NCBI GenBank assembly: GCA_030265395.1 | Contig: JARFYF010000067.1 | Location: forward strand, 15,668,745-15,732,744 | DNA length: 64,000 nucleotides | From: Rhina ancylostomus | Taxonomy: Eukaryota | Reading direction: 5' to 3' | In this document: piece by piece, positions 52,201 to 64,000 of the stretch | Numbering within the stretch: position 1 is the stretch's first letter | Layout: each line of letters starts with the position of its first letter | The notes under the pieces: model-generated | Told to the model about the DNA's origin: nothing | The model's input: the letters and a program-made list of their open reading frames with translations, nothing else | The model's database searches: none | Position numbers and translations under genes: made by a program

Positions 52201-53384
52201 GCCATCCAAGCCATAGTGGAATGCATTTCCAAACTTTCTGGAAGCTTGCATCAACTGCAAGCATAGGCATACAGCTAAAGTGTCTAAACTTCAAAATACA
52301 TCCATCACAGAAGAACTTATGGTATCTGGATGGGAAGGAACATGTGCAGTGTAATGTTTGTGGCAGACTTAAAATTAGAACGTGGAAGAGTTTTAAAACA
52401 TTAGTATTAACTATATGAATCAGTAATATGACATGCACTTGGAAAACCACTTCATGCAAGTATCTTTAAATCAGAGGAAACATGTCTGTGCCACTTAAAT
52501 TCTACATTCTTAATGATCAATTGGTACCTCAATTTCATAAAAATAACTGAGAAGTGCAAAAGAGGGTTATCAAGGTGATTATCAATTAAGGGAAAAGGGG
52601 TAATGCAGGGAAGATATACTCAGGTAGAAGATCAGCCACGATCCTATTGAAGGATGGAGGGAGGAGGGCAAATGCCTGCTCCTGCTTCTACTTTTCTTTG
52701 TTTTCAAGCAAGGGTGTGAATACAGAACCAGAAAAATAGAAAGGGCTTGTTTTTGAACAGACACATTCCAAACATTGCAGAAACCAAGGATGAATGGAGT
52801 TTACCTCAGACTTTTTGCATGATTTGCCAGCTCATTCTAGACTGGCAATAAGAATGCTTGGCAGCTTAATGCCATCCCTCTTCCGTTCTTAGAAAAGGAA
52901 TAGTTCATAGCATGGCAATGTGGAAGGGGTAAATCTTATGACTTTTTAAAAATGATATGGAAAGACATAATACAAATCATGTTTATAATAATAGCCCTTA
53001 ATTCTCTTGAAAAAAACCACCACGACAAGGGACACCAGATCTCTGGAGTAAAATTTGCACATTATATAGGACCAAAAAAATCCAATAGTTATATTTATGA
53101 AATCATTTCATTATTGAATGCAGAAGAAAATTCCTCCTTCTGGATTATACAGATATTTAAGATTAATTTAATTTCAACTTTTTCCACACAAGTGCATTTT
53201 GCTTACGTTGGTGGAACAGATTTCACCACAGCAACACAAGATGAAGTATTGTTGAAATGGTTGAGTTGCATTAACCTAAAGCAAAAGGGAAAAAGGAAAA
53301 AAAAAACAGAAATAGAAGAGGATGAACAGTCAAAGCAGGCGATTCTCAGAAGCAAGGAGATCACAGCCTTCTGTCTCACATCAC

Positions 53385-53447
53385 CTGGTTCTAGATGTAG
53401 AATAGGAAAGCGTGTATAGAAATAAGCTCGCTGAAATCTTTTTATCT
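53385..53447 (-). CDS. MYH9: Putative alternative loop-2 cassette exon (21-aa A2/B2-type insert), 63 nt
   Basis: tctctgtctattgcag|(E)IKRFQRAYFYTRFPILHLEP|gtgatg. Phase 1-1, no stop, at the position of the MYH10 B2 insert and similar to it. Confidence 0.8.
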
Positions 53448-54498
53448 CTGCAATAGACAGAGACATCAACAAGACAAATATAAGAATTGAGCCCTTAAAG
53501 AAGTTACATCACCAATGAGAACTGAAAAGTACACAGGATTTAGTCTTTTACTACTTAGATATTTGTGAATGATTTATTTACTAATTGCAACATTAGCTGC
53601 ATCTTCAGAAGTAGGTGGTGAGCAGATCAGGGATTTCCCTAGGGGTCACGAGGTATTAAAAAGTATTTCTTTTTATTTAGAAAAATAAAACAGTATTATC
53701 CAAGACATGTGAACAGATCATTGTCTGTCTTCTGAGAAACAAAACTACAAGGGAGCTAGAAATGAGAGCATAGATCTAATACAAAGTAATTCTCATAGAA
53801 GACAATACTAAACCAAATCTATTATCTTGCAAGAAATTTAACATTAAAGATTTTCTATTATTATTGTTGAGATGAATTAAAATATAGGATAAATTTCCAA
53901 ATATGCCTTTTAAAGCCAACAAACCAAAGAAACAAGATCTGAGTGAGAATATACATTCTGAACTATGTAGCAGGACAATGACCTCTCCTCTTGCATTCTG
54001 AAATATCCTACTGAACTTAAACTTATTTTCTATTATCTGGAAGATTTAAAGCAAAAGTCAATTGACAAATATGATTGTTTTTCAGGTTCATCCAAAACTG
54101 TTTACCAAGCACTCCTTAGGAATGGATTGCCTAAGGTAATTTTCAATTTCCTCATCTATGCAAGTGAAACTCATGCTAGGTACAGAGGAAAGAAAAGAAT
54201 TGGTTTGCCCATCAGCACATGAACACAACAGATTGTGTCTTCTAACTCTACTATGATACTTCTGTATTCAGAGCCTTGTCTCCATGCTAGGCCCCTGCAA
54301 ACCTAGCTGTCAGGTATACAGGGAGAATTTTAAGATTTTATGACTAGAAACACTGAACTAAATTCATGAATGCTTGGTAGTGCTGGCAACCCAAGGCCAG
54401 GAAACACAAGAAAAAGGCTATGTCCCCTGGAAAGGGGATTACAGAAGGCAAGTTACAATAAAGAGAATAAAATCCTTGATTTCAAATTTTAAACATAC

Positions 54499-54613
54499 CA
54501 TCCCTCCAAAGATCAGCTATAAACTTATCAGAAGACTGGTGCAGCAACGTAGCTATGTTATCATTAAGGGGGTCCATGTTCTTCATTAGCCATTCATTTG
54601 CTTTGTAATCTAC
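54499..54613 (-). CDS. MYH9: Exon 15 equivalent, 115 nt
   Basis: cag|[38 protein letters not shown]|gtatg. Confidence 0.96.
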
Positions 54614-54870
54614 CTGCATTGCAAAAAGATACCTTATGTAAATACACATACATAATAGAGGTAAACCAGCTATTAAACTCTTTATTTAAAAATTTTTGAG
54701 CCCTAGTCATAAGTCTGGTATTTATATTGCAGCTTCATCCATTATTCAATAAGCACAGCCAAAGTGAAAATAATTCAGCAAAATAGCAACTGAATGATGG
54801 GATTTCCTTTTGCAAATAGTAACACTGACACCTTAAACTAATTAAAACAGTCCCAAGGAGCTTTGGCTCA

Positions 54871-55019
<149 letters not shown>

Positions 55020-55104
55020 CTGAAAAACAATACAATTGTAGGAAAAATAGAACCAATATACTTTAGGGAAGCAAGTCAAAGTAACAAGGGAATAAATGAC
55101 TCAC

Positions 55105-55278
55105 AGATTTTTCAATCAGGTCAATGCAAGGCTGCAAGTCGAGCCCAAAATCAATGAAGTTCCATTCAATTCCTTCTCGCTGGTACTCCTCTTGTTCCAG
55201 GATGAACATAGTGTGATTAAAGAGTTGTTGCAGCTTTTCATTTGTATAGTTGATGCACAATTGCTCAAAGGAGTTCAA
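55105..55278 (-). CDS. MYH9: Exon 13 equivalent (relay helix), 174 nt
   Basis: cag|[58 protein letters not shown]|gtgagt. Confidence 0.97.
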
Positions 55279-56042
55279 CTGCAAAAATACAGAAAAATAT
55301 TATCAAGAAGGGAACAATGAGGAAGTTGGCACTACATACCAACCTACAGGTTGTGCTTCAGGTTCATCTGGCATAAATGATCCCTCTTAACACAGCCCAG
55401 ATCAGCTAAATATTAAATTAACAACACACCATCTCTTCCTGGGTATATATCTTGCTGGCTGGAGTTCATCAGTTCCAACCAGAACTATTGCTTTCAGCTA
55501 TTGAGACTTAATCTCACATCTTCATAGACCCCTCCAATGCACAAGTTTGGACTTACTAAGTGCCAAGCAGCATTACAATTGGTCTCTACACTGTGACAAC
55601 ATGGAGTCCAGTGGTGCTTATTCTTGCTGGAATTCCCCACTGGAAGAGTGAATAATTTGAAAGTAGTGCAAGTAAATTTCTGCTTACTTGCAGCATCCCT
55701 TGCCTTTGCTGCAATGCATCCAATAAATGGGATAGACTGCATATTGCAGGTGGGACAGTGTGAGAGATGGGTTCCCAATGGTGAAATCTGCTGGACCACA
55801 AAGTTGCAGAATGTGGTAGAATTCAGTTCTCATGGATGCCCACTTTTGAACAGCTAGATCCAGTCTGAATAGCAGGGTGGCAACGCCACAATGGAAGGTA
55901 CTCTTAGCATAAAGACGGGATCTGCAGGAGGATTATTTTTGTGGTCATTCCTGCCAACACTTATTAGTAGATGCACTTGTAGCAGATAGATTAACTTCCT
56001 TCAGGATACACCAAGACTGGCAGTACTCCCAGCTAGTCTTGG

Positions 56043-56808
56043 CAACAGTCACTGAAGACCGGCCTAAATTCTATTTGAGAAAAAAGGAATAAAATGCACT
56101 CATGGAATTTGTGAAAAAACAAAATATTTTCTCAACCTGCATTTCTTGACACATGTGCAGATGACGTGGCTTTGCAATTAGAAAACTGCAACACAGACTT
56201 TTTTCCTTAAAATGCATTTTGTTCTGTAATTAAACATTACTATATCAAAGCTGGGAGTGATAGATAATGAAATTTATGATCCTTCCTGTAGTATTCTATT
56301 ACTGAGCATTACTTGGGGGAGAAAGTCACAGGGTTGCTCAATTCCAGAGTGCTCTAAAGTTTTTTGAAAGCTTAATGCAAAATTCAATTACAGATGTTAG
56401 TCCTAACATTAAAAGCAATTCCCCAAACTGCGAACAGCATTAAGAAGGATCATAAATNNNNNNNNNNNNNNNNNNNNNNNNNNNNNNNNNNNNNNNNNNN
56501 NNNNNNNNNNNNNNNNNNNNNNNNNNNNNNNNNNNNNNNNNNNNNNNNNNNNNNNNNTCATAAATTACATTATCTATCACTCCAATCTTTGATATAGTAA
56601 TGTTTAATTACAGAACAAAATGCATTTTATCTTAATGTGAAAAAAGTCCGTGTTGCAATTTTCTGATTGCAAAGTCACGTCATCTGCACCTGCGTCAAGA
56701 AATGCAGGTTGAGAAAATATTTTGTTTTTTTTTCCCCCCACAAATTCCATGAGTGCATTTTATTCCTTTTTCTCAAATAGAATTTAGGCCAGTCTTCAGT
56801 GACTGTTG
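56043..56808. mobile_element. Foldback/MITE-like element with ~240-bp terminal inverted repeats
   Basis: 56043-56284 is the reverse complement of 56558-56808 (caacagtcactgaagac...gtcttcagtgactgttg); short, partly palindromic spacer. Confidence 0.8.
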
Positions 56809-57191
56809 AGGGCTTTGGTGAAGAATACTTAAAAATCTATGCAACCAAAGTCAGGTGGGTTATCTTAGAGCTGGGCACTAGAAGCTCTATGTTGCCTGTA
56901 ATGAGCTTTATACTTGTGCAGCTAATGTACATTGATTCCCACCACCACCCCTTAACCATTCCAGATGTGGAATGACATATGCCATAGATGGGAGGTCCTA
57001 CAATTTATACTGAAGGAAAATTGTCCTATTTCAGTTACAGGGACTAAGCATCCAAGCAACATTAGTTAAGGTGTAGTTCTAGGACTGCCACATGGGATAT
57101 TTACTGCAATTGGTCTTTACACAAGTAACCCATTCCTAACCTTGAAATTTCTTGAATATACTAAGCTCTAAGCTTTACATGTGCAGTGCTA

Positions 57192-57374
<183 letters not shown>

Positions 57375-58534
57375 TCAGTTACTTATGTTTAAATACAGGG
57401 GAATCAAGGAATATTCGGTTAGTGCAGGAAAGTGGCAGCAAGGTTCAAAAATATAAATCAGCCTCATCCAACTGAAAGGTGCAGTAGGTACAATAAGCCT
57501 ATTCCTACTTTATTCCATATTTTCTTATGATCCTATTCAGATTAAAAACCCAAGGCAATGAAGTCAAACAAAATACACAAAAGCACTGGTTACTTCCAAA
57601 TTAGTGTAAAAATAACTTTTGAACCAAAATGTCTCAAAGACAGAAGCAGTGGAATGTGAAATTATGACCTTCCTAGATTGTTGAATTAGCAATATTTCTA
57701 ATTTCTGGAAAATGAGTAGATACCTAGCACAGGTAGCAACATTTATTTGATCACTGATTACAAGCATTACATGTTTGCTCATTGAACAAGATCCAATTAA
57801 GTTATGACACTGATATCTATTTGGATCTATGCCAGATTTGACTTCAGCTGGTTTTCTTTCCATGTTAGATCAATTTCAAAGCTGACTTACATCTCCTAAG
57901 TTCCTCAGTATTGCAGATCCACTGAATCCAGTAAATGGAAGGTGCTTCAAAAAGTGGAAGTCACCAAGAGCATTTCAAAATAATTTGTCATGCTGGACCT
58001 ATTCTAACAATCTCCGAGATCTGTGGAGAATTTTAATGAAATCAATTCTCTATTTGGCCAAGTGTAACAGAGTAAATGCAGTGAGGCAGAGGAATTCACT
58101 AGCCATGTAATTACTAGATAAGCTAAACAGCTGCTCTGTGTTGCAACCATTCTGCAGGCAAACTCATGACCAAGAAGAAAGGTGATCCTAAATTTCAGTC
58201 AACCCAAAATTAACAAATCAGCCAGAAAAAGATTTCTTTCCTGTCAATACTGTTCACACAGCAGCCATTGATCAGCATTGTTCAAACATTAAAACTTGCA
58301 CAAGCCAAGGATAAGCGTTTTCAAAAGAATAAAATTCATTAAAATAAAAGGGAATCCTCATTTGTGTGGTCAAAATGCCTTGATGCTTGCCTGGCAGCAG
58401 TCTCTAATAGAATGCAGGATATTTCAGATGGATCCATAAGTAATTATGAAGTGCACCTGTAGCACTCATATTTTAAATGCCCTTCTCTTGTAAAAAATTG
58501 TTTTACTGGCCATATCTACAGCACCTTAAAAATA

Positions 58535-58824
58535 CAAGATATTCTCTATTAGTCACATGTACATCAAAACACACTATGAAATGCATCTTTTGCGTAGTGT
58601 TCTGCGGGCAGCATGCAAGTGTCACCACGCTTCCTATACCAACATAGCATGCCCACAACTTCCTAACCCGTACATCTTTGGAATGTGGGAGGAAACCGGA
58701 GCACCAGGAGGAAACCCACGCAGACACGGTGAGAACGTACAAACTCCTAACAGACAGCAGCAGGAAATGAACCCAGGTCACTGGTGCTGTAATAACATTA
58801 TACTAACCGCTACACTACCGTGCC
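58535..58824 (-). mobile_element. tRNA-derived V-SINE
   Basis: Reverse complement of the V-domain (tgtgggaggaaaccggagcacc...gaaacccacgcagacacggtgagaacgtacaaactcc) and of the head ggcacggtagtgtagcggttag. Confidence 0.8.
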
Positions 58825-59205
58825 TGTCTTGCTGCCACTAGCAACCATCTCACGTAAGATATTCCCTCCCAAAAATCTCTCAAAGTGAAAACATGCGAGG
58901 ATTCCATCATATTATTTTCTCCTGATGAATTTTTGTATGCCTTATTTTAAAACTGCATTTGCGCAGTGTTTCTGCTAATCAAGATCATCCCAGATAACAG
59001 CTGTACTTATGCTGTTCTAGCACGCAGGTAACGCAGCTGTTCTAACTGCATTCATTCTATTCACATAAGTTGAAAGGCTATGAACAGTGAAATTCCTGGT
59101 ACAATAACTTCTGAAAGTGTAATTTGAAAATAGTGAACAAATTACTTAAGCAGCTTTGGAACAAACTATTTTTAGCACTTTATCATCACTCTGATCTGGC
59201 TTTTA

Positions 59206-59391
<186 letters not shown>

Positions 59392-60667
59392 TTACCATGG
59401 TAATTTTACTTCATTATGAATCAAGTAATAGTTGGAGGGGCTAGAAGTTAGTTTCAGATCTCAGAAGTACAGATTTATCAAAATCACCTATTCATACCTG
59501 GGTAACACCACTCAACTCCATCCCACATGAGCTTACCTCCAGATATGACTATCTCAAGGTACTCCTGGATAACAATCTTTCTACTCTCCATAAACTCATG
59601 GTCATTCAACTCATTACCGTCCACATCTTAACTTGCCACTTCACCCAGCACTCTTATTGCTTACTGAGCTATACAAACTCCTGGTTAGGCAATTGACCAC
59701 TTCCCTATTTATCATCTGCTCCAGCCCCAAAACATCAGATCTGTTTTCCTACAACTCTGGTCTCTTGCCCATCCCAAATTTTACCACTTCAACATTGGTA
59801 GGCGTATCTCCAGCTACCAAGGCCATCAAAAGCCTTTCTACCCACAACTTCTCCCATTCCCCCTTCAAGAGACAGCTTTCTTTTCCAAGCTTTTGTTCAT
59901 CTACTCTAATATTTCTGTGTTTTGGCAATCTTTTATTAGATCACATTCACGTAAAGCATCTCAGTCAGCAAGAACAGGGTTGTAAAGTGAATGGAAGTTG
60001 GTATTAGTCAGAATAAGGGCAGCTTTGAATGAGATGAAGTTCATGGAAAGTGGCTGAGGAGAGTCAAAACCAGAAATTTCCTCTTGTAATCAATCCTTGT
60101 TACCTCACCCAAAAATTCAAACTTGTCCGACGCAATTTTCCCCACAGTAGTTCCATGCTGACTGTATTTAATTAATCTTTGCCTCTCTAAATGTTGTAGT
60201 TTTCCTTGGTAAATAATGTCCAATATGACAGTATTCTAAATAATACTATTCAGTACATACAATATTGAAGAAACCAAAAAAGTCAACTTTAGCTATAAAC
60301 TGTACAATAACAGTAGCTTTAGAAGTATGATTGCACTTTGATAAGGTGAAAACTAGTGAGCCAACATCACTACCAAAGTAAACAAAGCCAAGACTATATA
60401 TTGAACTATTATAAGCAGCAGTATGGTAATAGATAGTTAATGGCTTTGGCTTTCTAGCCAATTTAAATGCAAATGTTTTAAGTGTTGTTAAACTATAATG
60501 TTTTTATAAAACTATGCTGTTTTCAAGAGTACACATTTCAATCCAGAAAATACCAGATAACCAATATTGTGAACATGAAGGTGAAGAGTTCAAAATCTAC
60601 AAGTTCCTCTATTAAGAGATCTACTTATTTGTATGATGAGCATAAGTTTCACTCTGTTATTATTCAC

Positions 60668-60763
60668 CTGTATTATCAGGCATGGAAGCTTGATCTGTAT
60701 TGCGTTCCTTCTTGAAAACTATGTTCCCAAACTGAAGTACTGCAGAAACAACCTTCAACATGG
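60668..60763 (-). CDS. MYH9: Exon 10 equivalent, 96 nt
   Basis: tag|(A)[31 protein letters not shown]|gtgaat. Confidence 0.95.
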
Positions 60764-61233
60764 CTAGGAAGCAAAAGGAAAAAGGAAAATCATTAAGCCT
60801 TTGTAGCATTTAAGTCAGGGAATGAGATATCATCTAGTGATCACTGGATTAATTCATTAATACATTGAATAAGATATGGCCCCCATGTTATGACATGACC
60901 CCCCCCCCCCCAGGATTATAGAATGCATATAGTATCTCACGCTGACTAAGGAGCAACACTGACAGTCATGTTAAGNNNNCTGACAGTCATGTTAAGTTGA
61001 GTCACGAGTCAGACCAATTAAAGATGGGTAAAATATATGTTGATCTTGTCAGAGATGCCCACATCACCAGAATTAAATTTTAAAATTCCTTTTTTGCACA
61101 TCCTACCAATCAGTTGGAAAAAATTTCTTTGGCTACTCAATGCAAGTAGGGACTGCATTAAAAATGTTATTGCTATGAATCAAATCTATTATAGTTAATT
61201 GTACATCATTTTTTATTACTTAGCAATGCATAC

Positions 61234-61377
61234 CAATCAGTTCATCATCAGAAATTCCCATAATTCGGAAAGCCTCCATCGTCTCCTGAAACAATTCTTT
61301 GTCTTGTTGTCCAGGAATGGTAATGTGACCATTAGACATAAATCTGTAGTTATTGTAGCCCTCTAATAACAGATCAT
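61234..61377 (-). CDS. MYH9: Exon 9 equivalent, 144 nt
   Basis: tag|[47 protein letters not shown]|gtatg. Confidence 0.96.
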
Positions 61378-61539
61378 CTACAATCAAAAACATTTCGCAC
61401 ATTAGTATTAAAAATGAAAATTTTAGTTATACAGCACCTGTCATAATCAAGACTTCCCATGATGCTTCACAACCATTCAAGCTTTGAAGTCTCAGTCTCA
61501 GGAATGGGGGTGGGGGGATGGGTAGGTAAGAAATTCAAG

Positions 61540-61760
61540 ACAGAGCAGAAACTCCTTCACTAAGAGTGGTGAACGTGCACAATTCTCTACCACAGAAGGC
61601 AGCAAGGCAAAGTCACAATATATTAGAGGTGGTAGAAAAGTTCTAGACACAAAAAGGCATCAAAGCATATAGGGTGCAGGCAGGAATACGGTATTGAGAC
61701 AAGAGGATCAGCCATGATCTTATTGAATGGTGGAGGAATCTTAAAAGCCCTAAAGAGACT
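61540..61760 (+). mobile_element. CR1-like 3' fragment
   Basis: gagtggtgaac...aattctctaccacagaaggc...gatcagccatgatcttattgaatggtgg. Confidence 0.55.
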
Positions 61761-62379
61761 CATTACAATTAAATGTGTAATTTTCTACATTTACACAAAG
61801 TATAATCACTTGTGATGTGAAGTCAACGTATATACTTTGGTTGATCCCTTGATGCAAGCTGGTCAAATTCATAGCTCATACCAAGGATTGAGGAAGTGAT
61901 TCAGCCATCTTAAAATGTTCCCAACACTCATTAGGTCCTTGAAAACTGACCAAATTACTATGCCAGCATATCTAGTTGCAAAAGGGAGGAAAGCAGCAAA
62001 GCACATTGAGTACCACAGTGTAAAATTTAGTAGCACACTCCAGAAAATGTCATACTCAAATTATATAGTGCACTGGTGACAATACAGCACCAGAAATCTA
62101 AACTACTTTGAAAAGGCAAGCAAGAGAAGATCCTTAGATGTACAAAGCAACAAGCTACAAAGAAGATCGGAATACTCCTTCAACTCTATAACCATCAGTA
62201 GACTAATGACACAGATTTAAGATAGTAGCTCAAGATGGATTGTAGGCATCTACCTTTTCACATGATGATCGATTTATGGAATCAATTTATGCTCAAGGCA
62301 GTGGAGGTAAAAACCATGAATTCATGCAAGACTTAAGACTTGGTTAATGCCATGGATGCAAACTCTACTGGCTGGATTA

Positions 62380-63758
<1,379 letters not shown>

Positions 63759-63822
63759 AAGTTTCAATATTGGCTCCAACAATGTAGCCATTAACATCAA
63801 AGTTGATTCGAATAAATTTACC
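63759..63822 (-). CDS. MYH9: Exon 7 equivalent (motor domain), 64 nt
   Basis: cag|[21 protein letters not shown](Y)|gtatcctt. Confidence 0.96.
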
Positions 63823-64000
63823 CTGTACATTAAAAAAGATATACAAAGTTAAACACTTAGAAGTACACCCTGCAGAAGAATTCAGACCTTTAAGAATTAA
63901 TGTTGTTTGCTTTGGCTCCATTTTCATTCAGGTATTTTCACAAACAGATTTGTAGCATAAGATACTTGTGGAAATAAAGCCACAAAACTAAGAAACAACA

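Noticed and set aside
52167-52254. Candidate second cassette exon in the loop-2 intron (ttgcag|88 nt|gtaagt; VDASFQKVWKCIPLWLGWPMPSEFNALNY)
   Set aside because: 88 nt breaks the frame, the pyrimidine tract is weak and there is no similarity to known inserts. It could only be a poison exon, and nothing here supports that.
52805-52887. Another AG...GT bounded segment in the same intron
   Set aside because: 83 nt with an in-frame TGA; consistent with a chance pseudo-exon.

Overview
This is eukaryotic, vertebrate DNA from a gapped draft assembly. The repeat landscape (V-SINE/HE1-like, DeuSINE-like, CR1, Rex1/Babar, Penelope) points to a cartilaginous fish. The window holds most of one minus-strand gene, a non-muscle myosin II heavy chain best matching MYH9 (NMHC-IIA). 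I traced 35 coding exons equivalent to human exons 7-41, from 63822 down to the stop at 12729; all but one have the expected lengths and phases. A ~2-kb 3' UTR ends near an AATAAA at 10747-10752, and the 5' exons lie beyond the window. Gene-level points of note: a 63-nt loop-2 cassette exon resembling the MYH10 B2 insert, a 31-bp frameshifting deletion in the exon-14 equivalent (possibly an assembly error), one U12-type intron, two GC-AG introns and a 3' UTR with several tissue-specific miRNA 8mer sites. Repeat-level points of note: a young solo LTR with a TSD, two long inverted-repeat elements and hammerhead-ribozyme-like cores in Penelope fragments. Almost all other ORFs in the supplied track are spurious or decayed retroelement sequence. 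I see no prokaryotic-type system. Exon numbering and orthologue comparisons are from recall of human myosin genes, not from a database search.
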